Assembly: GCA_041661765.1 (NCBI GenBank)
Contig: JBAZTV010000002.1
Coordinates: forward strand, 8,083-72,082
From: Candidatus Shapirobacteria bacterium
GTDB lineage: Bacteria > Patescibacteriota > Microgenomatia > UBA12405
Length of the DNA: 64,000 nt
Direction: 5' to 3'
Position 1 is the first letter of the stretch. Each line of letters opens with the position of its first letter. A program made the position numbers and the translations under genes. This document shows, in pieces, positions 44,661 to 55,261 of this stretch. A model generated the notes under the pieces. It saw only the letters and a program-made list of their open reading frames with translations. It did not search any database and was not told the origin of the DNA.

Positions 44661-47315
44661 ATGTTCAAGTCACTCAAAAATTTATTTGACGAAGATATCC
44701 GCCGCATCAAATCGTACAACCCGATTATTCGAAAAATTAACGATTTTGAATCAGAAATTTCAAAATTGAGTGATAAAGAACTTTCTCAAAAAACAATTTA
44801 CTTTAAAGAACTCCTAAAGACAGGAAAAACTCTCGATGATATTTTGCCAGAAGCTTTTGCTGTTGTTCGTGAAACCATTAATCGAATTATTGGCGAAAGA
44901 GCTTATGATGTCCAACTTATGGCTGCTATCACTCTACACCAAGGCGCCATCGCTGAACAAAAAACCGGAGAGGGAAAAACGCACTCTGTTGTATTCCCTG
45001 CTTATTTAAATGCTCTCACTGGAAAAGGTGTTCATATCATCACTCCAAATGATTACTTAACTCGTGTCGGTGCTGGTTGGTATCCAAAAGCTCTTAAATT
45101 TTTAGGTGTCAACACTTCTTGTATTGTTAATGAACAGTCTTTTGTTTTAGATCTCGATTATACCGATCCCAGTGAGACCATCGACAATCGTTTAGCTCAT
45201 TTACGTCCAGTCACTCGCCAGGAAGCATATTTAGCTGACGTCACCTATGGCACAAACAATGAATTTGGCTTTGATTATCTTCGTGATCACATGGCCCCAG
45301 ACCAAAGTCGAGTCGTTCAACGATCTCATTATTTTGCTATTGTTGATGAAGTAGATTTTGTTTTAATTGATGAGGCCAGAACGCCGCTGATTATTTCTTC
45401 CCCCAACAACCAACCAGTCGATAAATATTACAATTTTGCCAAAATTGTCGAAAAACTTCAACCAACCGATTATATTATTGATGAAAAAACCCGTTCCGCC
45501 ACTCTTTCAGAATATGGTATTCGCAAGGTTGAAAAAGTTTTAAATGTTTCCAATTTATATGAAGAATCTTTTGAAACCATTCATTACATTGAAAACGCCA
45601 TTAAAGCCCAGGCTATTTTTCACAAAGACAAAGATTATGTCATTAAAGATGGAGAAATAATTATTGTTGATGAATTCACCGGTCGTCTCATGAATGGTCG
45701 TCGTTGGTCTGATGGTCTTCATCAAGCTGTTGAAGCCAAAGAAGGTGTCAAAGTCCAACAAGAATCTCAAACTTGGGCCACCATCACTTTTCAAAATTAT
45801 TTTCGTCTCTATGACAAACTCGCCGGTATGACCGGAACCGCTGCCACTGAATCAGAAGAGTTTAAAAAAATTTATAATCTCGATGTTGTCTCAATTCCCA
45901 CCAATAAAACCAAACAGCGAATTGATGAAGGTGATTTAATTTTCAAGTCTCAACGTTCAAAATATGTTGCTGTTGCCAATTTTATTGAGGAAAGATATAA
46001 AGCTGGTCAACCAGTTTTAATCGGTACCACTTCAATTGAAAAAAACCAAATCGTTTCCAATCTTTTGAAGAAAAAAGGTTTACCCCACCAGATGTTAAAT
46101 GCTAAAAATCACCGATCCGAGGCTGAAATTATTTCCAAAGCTGGCAAAAAAGGCGCCATCACTGTCGCCACAAACATGGCAGGTCGTGGTGTTGACATTA
46201 TCCTCGGTGGTCCAAAAGACGATGTTGATAAAAAAGTTTGGCAAAAAGAACACGATGAAGTTTTATCTCTAGGTGGTCTCTGTGTTATCGGCACTGAGCG
46301 CCATGAATCTCGCCGCATTGATAACCAGCTTCGTGGTCGTTCAGGTCGTCAAGGTGATCCTGGATTTTCTCGGTTTTACGTCGCTCTTGACGATGATTTA
46401 ATGCGTGTCTTTGGTGGTGAAAAAATTAGTTCTCTTATGAGCCGCTTCAACATGCCCGAAGATATTCCATTAACTCATCCTTTAGTTTCCAAAGTCATCG
46501 AGCAAATCCAAATAAAAGTTGAAGGTTTTAATTTTGATTCTCGTAAAAATTTAGTCGAATACGACGATGTTATTAATAAACAACGAACAATTATTTATCA
46601 ATTACGCGACCAAACTCTTTTAAATCAAAAAGACAACCCCGAAAAAAACAAGGAAACCATTTTTAAAAATATTACCACTCAAATCAATTCTATTATTTCA
46701 ATAAATTCTGATTATGAAAGTGGAAAAATAGATTCTGAAAAAGTAGTTTTAGAATTTTGTGAGATCTTACCCCTCGATCCTCGACAACGCGCTGATCTTA
46801 AAAACAAATTAGAAAAATCAGATAATTCATCTGAATTTTTAATCAAAACTCTAACAGATCAATGGCAACAACGTGTCAATTATTTTGGTGCTGATCTAGC
46901 CAATAGTGTCTCCACTTTTGCAATCATTTCCACCATCGATCCTTTGTGGGTTGAACATTTAACCGCTCTCGATGATTTGCGTGATGGTGTTCGTCTTCGT
47001 GGTTACGCTCAAAAAGATCCTTTAATCGAATACCGCAAAGAAGGTTTCGAGATGTTCCAAAAATTAATGTCTCAATTTGAATATAATTTAGTTCGAAAAC
47101 TATACCGTCTCGAGCCAGTCACTGATCCTAATTTAATTCCCAAAAATGTCACCGAAGGCAGGGGAGATTCTATGTCTGAAAATCCTCAAGCCGAAGCAGA
47201 ATTACCACCAAAACAAATTACAGTTAAGAATGAGCAAGTTATCGGCCGGAATGATTTTTGTCCTTGCGGCTCCGGTAAAAAATACAAAAAATGTTGTTAC
47301 CCCAAATATGAATAA
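44661..47315 (+). CDS. secA: Preprotein translocase ATPase SecA
   Basis: DEAD-like motor, ...MTGTA..., and C-terminal Zn finger CPCGSGKKYKKCC. Confidence 0.9.
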   Translation: MFKSLKNLFDEDIRRIKSYNPIIRKINDFESEISKLSDKELSQKTIYFKELLKTGKTLDDILPEAFAVVRETINRIIGERAYDVQLMAAITLHQGAIAEQKTGEGKTHSVVFPAYLNALTGKGVHIITPNDYLTRVGAGWYPKALKFLGVNTSCIVNEQSFVLDLDYTDPSETIDNRLAHLRPVTRQEAYLADVTYGTNNEFGFDYLRDHMAPDQSRVVQRSHYFAIVDEVDFVLIDEARTPLIISSPNNQPVDKYYNFAKIVEKLQPTDYIIDEKTRSATLSEYGIRKVEKVLNVSNLYEESFETIHYIENAIKAQAIFHKDKDYVIKDGEIIIVDEFTGRLMNGRRWSDGLHQAVEAKEGVKVQQESQTWATITFQNYFRLYDKLAGMTGTAATESEEFKKIYNLDVVSIPTNKTKQRIDEGDLIFKSQRSKYVAVANFIEERYKAGQPVLIGTTSIEKNQIVSNLLKKKGLPHQMLNAKNHRSEAEIISKAGKKGAITVATNMAGRGVDIILGGPKDDVDKKVWQKEHDEVLSLGGLCVIGTERHESRRIDNQLRGRSGRQGDPGFSRFYVALDDDLMRVFGGEKISSLMSRFNMPEDIPLTHPLVSKVIEQIQIKVEGFNFDSRKNLVEYDDVINKQRTIIYQLRDQTLLNQKDNPEKNKETIFKNITTQINSIISINSDYESGKIDSEKVVLEFCEILPLDPRQRADLKNKLEKSDNSSEFLIKTLTDQWQQRVNYFGADLANSVSTFAIISTIDPLWVEHLTALDDLRDGVRLRGYAQKDPLIEYRKEGFEMFQKLMSQFEYNLVRKLYRLEPVTDPNLIPKNVTEGRGDSMSENPQAEAELPPKQITVKNEQVIGRNDFCPCGSGKKYKKCCYPKYE

Positions 47316-48306
47316 AAAAATCTGGTCCGAAATCAAAAAAGCAAAAAACATTTTACTCACTCTTCATCCAAGTCCCGATGGCGATTCAATTGGTTCTAAT
47401 TTAGCCTTATTTCACTCCTTAACTAAAATGGGTAAAAAAGTTACTCTTCTTGGCGGCGATTCTGAATTTCCCAAAAACTTTTCCACTCTTCCTGGCACTG
47501 ATAAAATTTTACCCAAGAATTTTTTTCAAATTAATCAAGATGATTTTGATTTGTTTATTATTGCCGACATTGCCAGTCCAAAATTAATTTCCAGACAAGG
47601 TGAAATTATTTTTAATAAAAACTTAAAAACCATCATCATCGATCATCATCAAAGTAATCCAAAATTTGCCGATATTAATTTAGTTGACGCTAAAACTCCA
47701 GCCACCTGTCAATTAATCTACAATTTATTTCAAGAAAACAATATTAAAATAACCAAAAACATTGCTGCTTGTTTATTTATTGGCATCTACACCGATACTG
47801 GCGGTTTTAAATATACAAACACCACCTACAAAACTTTTTTAGCTGCTGCCAACCTTTCCAAAATAAATCCCAATTACAATAAATTTATTTTTGAACTTGA
47901 AAATAATGATCATCCCGACCGTCTTAAATTTTTATCGATTATACTTGGCTCAGTTAAAACCTATCTTTCAGGAAAAGTTGCCATAGCTTCACTTGATTTT
48001 GAAACTATAAAAGAAAGTAAGATTAGTAATAGTGTTATTAATGGTTCAGAGGTTGCCAATTCAATTAAATCAGTTACTGGATGGGAAATTGGAATTAGTA
48101 TGATTGAATATCAGCCGAATTATATTAAAATCAGTTTCAGGACTCGAGATGCAAGTAAATACGATTTATCTAAAATATCCACTGCAGTTGGTGGTGGTGG
48201 ACATATGGCTGCCGCTGGTGCCACCATTAATGGATCATTAACCGAAGCTACTGATATTATTTTAAAAAATATCAAACTATTATTTCCAGATTTAGAAAAA
48301 GAGTAA
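47308..48306 (+). CDS. nrnA: DHH-family phosphoesterase NrnA-like (oligoribonuclease/pAp phosphatase)
   Basis: HPSPDGDSIGS, ...IIIDHHQSN..., and DHHA1 GGGGHMAAAG. Start at the ATG overlapping the secA stop by 8 nt. Confidence 0.75.
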   Translation: MNKKIWSEIKKAKNILLTLHPSPDGDSIGSNLALFHSLTKMGKKVTLLGGDSEFPKNFSTLPGTDKILPKNFFQINQDDFDLFIIADIASPKLISRQGEIIFNKNLKTIIIDHHQSNPKFADINLVDAKTPATCQLIYNLFQENNIKITKNIAACLFIGIYTDTGGFKYTNTTYKTFLAAANLSKINPNYNKFIFELENNDHPDRLKFLSIILGSVKTYLSGKVAIASLDFETIKESKISNSVINGSEVANSIKSVTGWEIGISMIEYQPNYIKISFRTRDASKYDLSKISTAVGGGGHMAAAGATINGSLTEATDIILKNIKLLFPDLEKE

Positions 48307-48393
48307 GGCTGGAGTTGAAATTTATAAAATTAATTAAAGCGCACAGCCTTAATATTTTAATATTATTTCACCTCCAACCATGTTTTGATTGAC

Positions 48394-48681
48394 TTAACGA
48401 TAACCTTTTGTTTTTCTTAAATAGATAGAAGTCTTTGCAGTTTTGAGTGTGATTAATTCACCCTTTTTTATTTTCTTTTTTCGATGGAAAAAAAATGGTT
48501 TACACCTAGTTCCATTAATAACTATTTCACCCACAATGACTGTAATTATTTCATCACATTTAGCACTACCAAGATCATATTCTCCAGGACCAATTACTCC
48601 AATATTCATACCCTCTCCATTTTCAATAAAACCTACACAATAAAGTCTACTCTCAGAATGAGCATCATGTATGATAATCAT
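48394..48681 (-). CDS. ppnP: PpnP-like (DUF1255/UPF0345 cupin) pyrimidine/purine nucleoside phosphorylase, putative
   Basis: VGFIENGEGMNIGVIGPGEYDLGSAKCDEIITVIVGEI aligns with E. coli PpnP SIGFS...[26 protein letters not shown]. The C-terminal third is weaker. Confidence 0.5.
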   Translation of the reverse strand: MIIIHDAHSESRLYCVGFIENGEGMNIGVIGPGEYDLGSAKCDEIITVIVGEIVINGTRCKPFFFHRKKKIKKGELITLKTAKTSIYLRKTKGYR

Positions 48682-48765
48682 AATAATTACCCCCTTCTTT
48701 TTTTAAATTTTAAAGAACAATCAAAACGATTGTATTATACCTTAGTCTTTTGTTAAACTGAACTT

Positions 48766-49173
48766 ATGGATGATTGTATTTTTTGCAAAATAATAAAAGG
48801 GGAAATTCCATGTCATAAAGTTTATGAAGACGATAAATTTCTAGCCTTTCTCGACATCAATCCAATTGCCATCGGTCACACTCTTTTAATCCCTAAAACT
48901 CATTTTCGCTGGGTCTACGACCTTCCCAATTTTGATGAATACTGGCAAGTTGCTCAAAAATTAGCCATTGATATTAAAAATTCTACCTTAAATCCAGAAT
49001 ACATTAGTTTCATCACCATGGGCAACGAAATTGAGCACGCTCATATTCATATTATTCCTCGGACCAATATTGATTTGGTTGGGCCAGTTCTTAAATCCAT
49101 TCCTCACTTAAAATTTTCCGATGAAAAATTTTTTGAGATAACCAACATAATTAAAAATTCAATTAATAAATAA
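48766..49173 (+). CDS. HIT-family protein
   Basis: CIFCKII...IAIGHTLLIPK...HAHIHIIP histidine triad. Confidence 0.8.
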   Translation: MDDCIFCKIIKGEIPCHKVYEDDKFLAFLDINPIAIGHTLLIPKTHFRWVYDLPNFDEYWQVAQKLAIDIKNSTLNPEYISFITMGNEIEHAHIHIIPRTNIDLVGPVLKSIPHLKFSDEKFFEITNIIKNSINK

Positions 49174-49174
49174 T

Positions 49175-49459
49175 ATGGATCAAAATCAAGAAATACTTTT
49201 CGAGTTGCAAAAAATCAATCAAAAAATAGACAATTACACTAATCCGTTTAAAATTTCTTGGTCTAATTTTTTAGCTGGCATCTTTCGTTCTCTCGGCACT
49301 CTTTTTGGAACATTAATCATCGCCTCCGCGTTAGTTTATGTTTTTTCGCAATTTAATTTTACTTCATCAGTTTCCAAATGGATAGAAACCACCATGAGTC
49401 AAATAAATTGGACTAAAGTTGTTGCTCCCCAAACCCAAATAATCCAAGAAAGCCAATAG
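49175..49459 (+). CDS. Hypothetical small membrane protein
   Basis: ORF with TM segments. Confidence 0.35.
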   Translation: MDQNQEILFELQKINQKIDNYTNPFKISWSNFLAGIFRSLGTLFGTLIIASALVYVFSQFNFTSSVSKWIETTMSQINWTKVVAPQTQIIQESQ

Positions 49460-49465
49460 TTTAAA

Positions 49466-51304
49466 TTAACTTTTTCTCGAAGCTCTTAATCTATCAGTCT
49501 TATTCAAAATTCTTTTTCTCAAACGAATTGTTTTTGGAGTAACGTCAATAAATTCATCATTATTGATAAAATCCAAAGATTCTTCAATCGTATATTTAGT
49601 TGCTGGAGCCAAAGTGATACCATCGTCATTTCCAGCTGAGCGCATATTGGTTAATTGTTTACCTTTACATATATTAAGTTCCAAATCACCGATCATTGGT
49701 CTAAGACCCACAATTTGTCCCTCATAAACCATTTCTGTTGGAGAAATAAAAATAATTCCTCTTTTTTGAGCCAAGTCTAATCCAAAAGACAAAGCTTTAC
49801 CAGATTCAAAAGCAATTAATACACCATTTCTTTCTTTTTTATTTTCTTCTTGTTTTGGTTCGTATCCCAAAAATAAAGTATTCAAAGAAACCATACCTTT
49901 AGTTTCAGTCACCAAAGTATTTCTTAAACCTAAAGCATTTCTTTCACTTATTTTATAAGTAAGTCTAGTTCCAACTTTTTCATCAGTTTGCATATCAATC
50001 ATTTCCGCTTTTCTTTTACCAAGCTCCGAAGTAATAGTTCCTACAAATTCATCAGGAACAATAATCGTTAATTCATTAAAAGGTTCAAAAATTTTCCCGT
50101 CAATAGTTTTAAAAATAACTTCAGGTTTTCCAATTTCCATTGCGTAACCTTCACGTCGTAATTTTTCAATTAAAATAGCCAAATGCAATTCACCTCGGCC
50201 AGAAACCAACATGCGAATACTATCATTTGGATCATCTTCAATTTTTAAACCTAAATTAGCTTCTACTTCTTCTCTTAATCTTTCTTTAAGTTCTCGACTA
50301 GTTAAAAATCTTGATTCGTCTCGAGCAAACATCGATGTATTTGGACCAAAACTTGCTTTAATAGTTGGTTCAGCCACTTCAATTGCTGGCAAAGCCACTT
50401 GGCAATCCACCGAAGTTAAGGTTTGACCAATTTCAATTGCCGAAATTCCAGAAATATAAATAATCTCTCCAGCGCTAGCCTCTTGTACTTCCACTTTTGA
50501 AATTCCTTCATTCACATACATTTTTTCCACTCTAAAATTACCAACAACTTTTTGATCAGCCTTAACCAATGAGATAAAATCACCCTTTTTAACCATTCCC
50601 TTACTAACTCTTCCCAAGGCCAATCTACCTAAATATTCATTTTTTTCAAAAGCTGAAACCAACATTTGAAATGGTTTATCCGAGTCTTTTTCAGCATTTG
50701 GAATTGTTTTTAAAATAGTTTCAAAAAGGGGAGTCATATCACCAGCCTGTTCAAGTGATTCTGGTAATTCTAAAAAAGTTTTTCCATCTCTACCAATAGC
50801 ATAAACGATTGGAAAATCTAAAAGTTCTGGATCATCAGCCAAAGATAAAAATAAATTTTCAGTATCAGCTACAACGTCCTTAATCCTTTCGTCTTTTCGG
50901 TCAATTTTATTAATAACCAAAATAACTTTTAATTTATAATCCAAAGCTCTTTTTAAAACGAATTTAGTTTGTGAAAGTGGTCCCTCAGAAGCATCTACTA
51001 TTAATAGTACCCCATCAGCCATATTTAAAACTCTTTCCACTTCTCCGCCAAAATCAGCATGTCCAGGAGTATCAATAATATTAATTTTAGTATTTTTATA
51101 AAAGACAGAAGTATTTTTAGACAAAATAGTGATTCCTTTTTCTCTTTCTAAATCATTAGAATCCATAATTCTATCCACATTCATCTCCGCTTGATTATCT
51201 CTAAAGGTGTGTGTTTGTTTCAACATTGCATCCACTAAAGTAGTTTTACCATGGTCGACATGGGCAATAACGGCAATGTTTCTAATATCTGTGAACTTGG
51301 GCAT
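49466..51304 (-). CDS. typA: Translational GTPase TypA/BipA
   Basis: [32 protein letters not shown]. About 610 aa with EF-G-like domains. Confidence 0.9.
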   Translation of the reverse strand: MPKFTDIRNIAVIAHVDHGKTTLVDAMLKQTHTFRDNQAEMNVDRIMDSNDLEREKGITILSKNTSVFYKNTKINIIDTPGHADFGGEVERVLNMADGVLLIVDASEGPLSQTKFVLKRALDYKLKVILVINKIDRKDERIKDVVADTENLFLSLADDPELLDFPIVYAIGRDGKTFLELPESLEQAGDMTPLFETILKTIPNAEKDSDKPFQMLVSAFEKNEYLGRLALGRVSKGMVKKGDFISLVKADQKVVGNFRVEKMYVNEGISKVEVQEASAGEIIYISGISAIEIGQTLTSVDCQVALPAIEVAEPTIKASFGPNTSMFARDESRFLTSRELKERLREEVEANLGLKIEDDPNDSIRMLVSGRGELHLAILIEKLRREGYAMEIGKPEVIFKTIDGKIFEPFNELTIIVPDEFVGTITSELGKRKAEMIDMQTDEKVGTRLTYKISERNALGLRNTLVTETKGMVSLNTLFLGYEPKQEENKKERNGVLIAFESGKALSFGLDLAQKRGIIFISPTEMVYEGQIVGLRPMIGDLELNICKGKQLTNMRSAGNDDGITLAPATKYTIEESLDFINNDEFIDVTPKTIRLRKRILNKTDRLRASRKS

Positions 51305-51454
51305 CTTTGCATTGTACTATAATATTCAGATTTTGCAAGGAAAAAGGCACTTGTTGATATTAATATAATTATTTAAAATAGTTTTTAAACTATTAATATA
51401 ATCATTTATTATCTTCAAGTGCCCTAAGCATGTTATAGAATTGTTGTTGTTTAA

Positions 51455-51730
51455 TTATAAACGAACCATTTTTATAAAAAACATCCTATAAATTATCGAT
51501 AAGATTACCCAAACAACTAATACAACTAATATTTTAAATATGTCCATGTCGCTATAAGGTTTTTTAAAAAATATAAACACTAAAGTGACTATATACCAAA
51601 CCGCATTAGATATTACTAAAATTATTTTTGATTTCACCCCCCTTGTCATTATTAAAAATAACAACAAATCTACTATTACAAAAACCCACAAAAAAATACC
51701 AAAAACATATCCTGATGCCGCCAAATTCAT
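51455..51730 (-). CDS. Hypothetical small membrane protein
   Basis: Three hydrophobic helices. Confidence 0.3.
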   Translation of the reverse strand: MNLAASGYVFGIFLWVFVIVDLLLFLIMTRGVKSKIILVISNAVWYIVTLVFIFFKKPYSDMDIFKILVVLVVWVILSIIYRMFFIKMVRL

Positions 51731-51917
51731 TTACTCCCTTCACCTTATTATTTAAAAGAACCAAAAACGCTTACGTTAATGTCTTTCCAATAGCGTTTAT
51801 ACCATAATTATTTCTAATTTCAACCCAAACATTATTTAAAACGTTTTTAAAAAAACAACTTCAATAAATTAGGTTTAATTTAAAAAATTTTTAATTATTT
51901 AAATTATAATAATATTT

Positions 51918-52715
51918 ATGAGATTTTTTATCAAAAAAATAATTCCATTTTCATTAATATTACTGATTTTCATTTTTGTGTTATTTTGCTTTCTTTTCCC
52001 AAAAAAATTAACCAAAGAAAATATTGAAAACAAAATTAATCAAACAGTCGAAAAAGTTGAGCAAACCACCACCGAAGTAAAAGCCTCCCTGTCTCAGTCA
52101 AAAGCTGATCAGCCTCTGACTGAAAGGGAAATAAATAAATATTTAATCAAAGCTGCCTTCGTCCAACAAGCTCCAGAAAAAAACTGGGATCAGCCATGGC
52201 AAGATGCTTGTGAAGAAGCGTCTCTTGTAACCGTCGATTATTTTTATAAAAATATTAAAAGCATTACCCCTACAGAAAATCGCGACGCCATTTTAAAAAT
52301 GATTGAATTTGAAAATCAACAAGGCTTCACTCATGATATAAATATTGAACAAATGAATTTAGTAGCTCAAAAATATTTAGGTTATCAAACCAAAATTATT
52401 GAAAACCCCACAATAGAAGACCTTAAAAAATATCTAGTCCAAAATATTCCAATTATCGTTACTGCTAATGGTAAAACCTTATATCAAGAAAATAAACATT
52501 TTAATTCCGGTGGGCCCTATTATCATAGTTTAGTAATTCTTGGTTATGATAATGATAAACAAAAATTTATTGTTCATGATGTTGGTACCAAAGCTGGTGC
52601 TTATTTTAAATATTCTTACAACTTACTTATGGAAAGTATTCATGATTTTCCTTCATCTAATAAAAAGGAAGATATTAATAGCGGCCCCAAAAGAGTTCTG
52701 ATTTTGTTAAAATAA
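51918..52715 (+). CDS. Secreted/anchored protein with putative papain-like (C39-like) peptidase domain
   Basis: N-terminal TM. Cys in ...QDACEEASLVTV... and His in ...YYHSLVILGYDND...HDVG. Paralogous to the C-terminal domain of CDS 58451-59638. Confidence 0.4.
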   Translation: MRFFIKKIIPFSLILLIFIFVLFCFLFPKKLTKENIENKINQTVEKVEQTTTEVKASLSQSKADQPLTEREINKYLIKAAFVQQAPEKNWDQPWQDACEEASLVTVDYFYKNIKSITPTENRDAILKMIEFENQQGFTHDINIEQMNLVAQKYLGYQTKIIENPTIEDLKKYLVQNIPIIVTANGKTLYQENKHFNSGGPYYHSLVILGYDNDKQKFIVHDVGTKAGAYFKYSYNLLMESIHDFPSSNKKEDINSGPKRVLILLK

Positions 52716-52719
52716 TTGT

Positions 52720-53352
52720 GTGAATTTAAAAAATAAATTTCAACTTATTAGTTTAATTATTCTTTCTTCTGTTTTATTTTCTGCCTGCACTAATAAAAAT
52801 ACAGAAACAAATTTAAATCTAAACATGAATCAAAATACAACTCAAACCACCCCTACTAATCCTGTTATTACTGAAATTCCAGCCCCATCAACCGATTCTG
52901 CAAAAACAAACATCGGAGAAACTCTAATTTCCATTAAAACCAAAGATGGTGAAATAATTGCCAAATTATATTCAAAAGAAACACCCAATACTGTCGCTAA
53001 TTTTACAAAAAAGGCCGATTCTGGTTTTTATAAGAATTTAATTTTTCATCGAGTCATTACTGGTTTCATGGCCCAAGGCGGTGACCCGACTGGAACTGGT
53101 ATGGGTGGTGGTAAACAAGCCTCCGAATTAAACAATATCCCCTTTGCTCGAGGTAGTTTTGGTTTAGCCAGAACCGCTGAAACCAATCAAGTCAGTAATG
53201 ATAGTCAATTTTTCATCTGTTTTACCACTGAAGGTTGTCAACATTTAACCGGCGATTATGTTAATTTTGGCGAAGTCGTTTCCGGCCTCGATGTTTTAGA
53301 TAAAATTCAACAGGGTGATAAAATCATTGACATTACCGCTAAAACCAAATGA
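52720..53352 (+). CDS. Cyclophilin-type peptidyl-prolyl isomerase, probable lipoprotein
   Basis: Signal peptide with lipobox-like LFSAC. Cyclophilin core FHRVITGFMAQGGDPTGTGMGG. Confidence 0.8.
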   Translation: MNLKNKFQLISLIILSSVLFSACTNKNTETNLNLNMNQNTTQTTPTNPVITEIPAPSTDSAKTNIGETLISIKTKDGEIIAKLYSKETPNTVANFTKKADSGFYKNLIFHRVITGFMAQGGDPTGTGMGGGKQASELNNIPFARGSFGLARTAETNQVSNDSQFFICFTTEGCQHLTGDYVNFGEVVSGLDVLDKIQQGDKIIDITAKTK

Positions 53353-53738
53353 TAAAAAAAATTATTACTGCCTTAATTATTATTGCCATCTTAATTGGTT
53401 TTTATCTTCTCACTTCTAAAAAACCAGAGTCTATTACTTCCACTGAAACTCCAACCTCCGATTATATTTTATTTTATGGCATCACCTGTCCTCACTGTAA
53501 AATTGTCGAAGAATTTATTTCCACCAATCAAATTGATCAAAAATTAAAAATCAGTCAGCTTGAAGTTTATGAAAATGAGTCGAATAAGACAATTTTTTCC
53601 AAAATTGTTCAACAAATTTGTCCAGATCAAATAAATAATGGTGGTTTACCAGTCCCTTTTCTTATTGATCAAAAAGAAAAGAAATGTACTACTGGTGATA
53701 CCCCAATCACTGAATACCTCACTGAAAAATCAAAATAA
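53349..53738 (+). CDS. Membrane-anchored thioredoxin-fold (glutaredoxin-like) protein
   Basis: N-terminal TM. CPHC redox motif in FYGITCPHCK. Confidence 0.55.
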   Translation: MIKKIITALIIIAILIGFYLLTSKKPESITSTETPTSDYILFYGITCPHCKIVEEFISTNQIDQKLKISQLEVYENESNKTIFSKIVQQICPDQINNGGLPVPFLIDQKEKKCTTGDTPITEYLTEKSK

Positions 53739-53766
53739 TTTCCCTTTTTAATGATAAAATTATACT

Positions 53767-54183
53767 GTGTCCACTGGCCATAAACACAAAAAAAAGAAAC
53801 ACACAGAATTTACTTTTCAATCATTAATCAGATTGGCTGTATTTAGTGTCATTGTTTTTTTTATAATCTCTTTTATTTCCGGACAAAAAACAAATTCATT
53901 TCAAACTGTTGACCCTGTTCTATCCGTTGATGAGCAAAAACCAAATTTTATTCTTGGAAAAACAACCGAAATTTCCAATAATATTTATTTATCAATTCCA
54001 GAAAACAGTCGAAAACAATTAGAAAATTTAAATCAAAACCCAGCGGCAACTTTAATTCAAGAAAAATTAGATTTAATTAAAGAACAAAGCCAGGGATTTC
54101 CTCAAACACAAATTAAAGAAATTCAAAAAATGATCATCAATAATATTTATCAAAATACCCTTAGGAGTATCGATTCACAATAA
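53767..54183 (+). CDS. Hypothetical membrane-anchored protein
   Basis: ORF only. Confidence 0.3.
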   Translation: MSTGHKHKKKKHTEFTFQSLIRLAVFSVIVFFIISFISGQKTNSFQTVDPVLSVDEQKPNFILGKTTEISNNIYLSIPENSRKQLENLNQNPAATLIQEKLDLIKEQSQGFPQTQIKEIQKMIINNIYQNTLRSIDSQ

Positions 54184-54185
54184 TT

Positions 54186-55259
54186 ATGTCATCGCTTTCC
54201 GATCTTAAATCAAAATTAATTTTATTAAAATCTAAATTGTCTTACGATGACAATTTAATTAAATTAAATGATTTAAAATTAAAATCAGAAGAAGAGGATC
54301 TTTGGAAAGACCAAGTAAAAGCTCAAGAAATTCTTCAAAATATTTCCGATCTTCAAAAAAATATTGAAAATATTGATTCTATTGAATCAGATATTCAAAA
54401 TTTAGAAGAATTTGAAAACCTTTTAAAAAACGAGCCAGATACTACCTTGGAGAATGAAATGGTGTTTAACTTAAATGATTTAAATAAAAAAATTTTAAAA
54501 TTAGAATTACAAACATATTTGTCCAGTAAATACGATAAAAATAATGCTATTTTTTCAATTCATTCAGGGCAGGGTGGCACTGAAGCCATGGATTGGGCTG
54601 CAATGTTGCAGCGTATGTATATGAAATATTTTGAGAGCAAAGGTTGGAAATATGATTTGATTGACATCACTCCTGGTGAAGAAGTGGGTATCAAATCAGT
54701 TTATTTCAAGGTTTATACCAATTATGCCTATGGCTATCTTAAACACGAATCAGGCACTCATCGATTAGTTCGACTATCTCCTTTTAATGCCGATCAACTT
54801 CGTCAAACTTCTTTTGCTAAAGTTGAAGTCAGCCCTGTCATTGAAAATGACAACACGGTTGCAATTAAGCCCGAAGAAATTGAATTTTCTGCCTACAGAT
54901 CTGGTGGTTGTGGTGGTCAAAATGTCAACAAGGTCAGCACTGCAGTTCGTGTCGTTCATAAACCAACTGGTATTGCTGTCTGCAGTCAAAGCCAACGTTC
55001 TCAGGAGCAAAACCGCAACATGGCTATGGAAGTTTTATTGTCAAAAATTTGGGCTATTGAACAAGAAAAACAAAGCCAAGAAAAAAAAGATATTAAAGGT
55101 GATAATGTTGTTGCTGGTTGGGGTCACCAAATTAGATCCTATGTCTTACATCCCTACAAAATGGTCAAAGATTTACGCACCAGATATGAAACTTCTGATA
55201 CAACGGGCGTCCTCGATGGCGATCTTGATGCTTTTATTGAAGCCGAATTAAAATTATAA
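54186..55259 (+). CDS. prfB: Peptide chain release factor 2
   Basis: SPF tripeptide (RLSPFNAD) and GGQ (SGGCGGQNVNKV). Single ORF with no programmed frameshift site. Confidence 0.85.
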   Translation: MSSLSDLKSKLILLKSKLSYDDNLIKLNDLKLKSEEEDLWKDQVKAQEILQNISDLQKNIENIDSIESDIQNLEEFENLLKNEPDTTLENEMVFNLNDLNKKILKLELQTYLSSKYDKNNAIFSIHSGQGGTEAMDWAAMLQRMYMKYFESKGWKYDLIDITPGEEVGIKSVYFKVYTNYAYGYLKHESGTHRLVRLSPFNADQLRQTSFAKVEVSPVIENDNTVAIKPEEIEFSAYRSGGCGGQNVNKVSTAVRVVHKPTGIAVCSQSQRSQEQNRNMAMEVLLSKIWAIEQEKQSQEKKDIKGDNVVAGWGHQIRSYVLHPYKMVKDLRTRYETSDTTGVLDGDLDAFIEAELKL

Positions 55260-55261
55260 AT

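Noticed and set aside
54186-55259. Programmed +1 frameshift in prfB
   Set aside because: The ORF is continuous from the ATG with no early in-frame UGA and no CTTTGAC-like site, so the gene is unframeshifted here.
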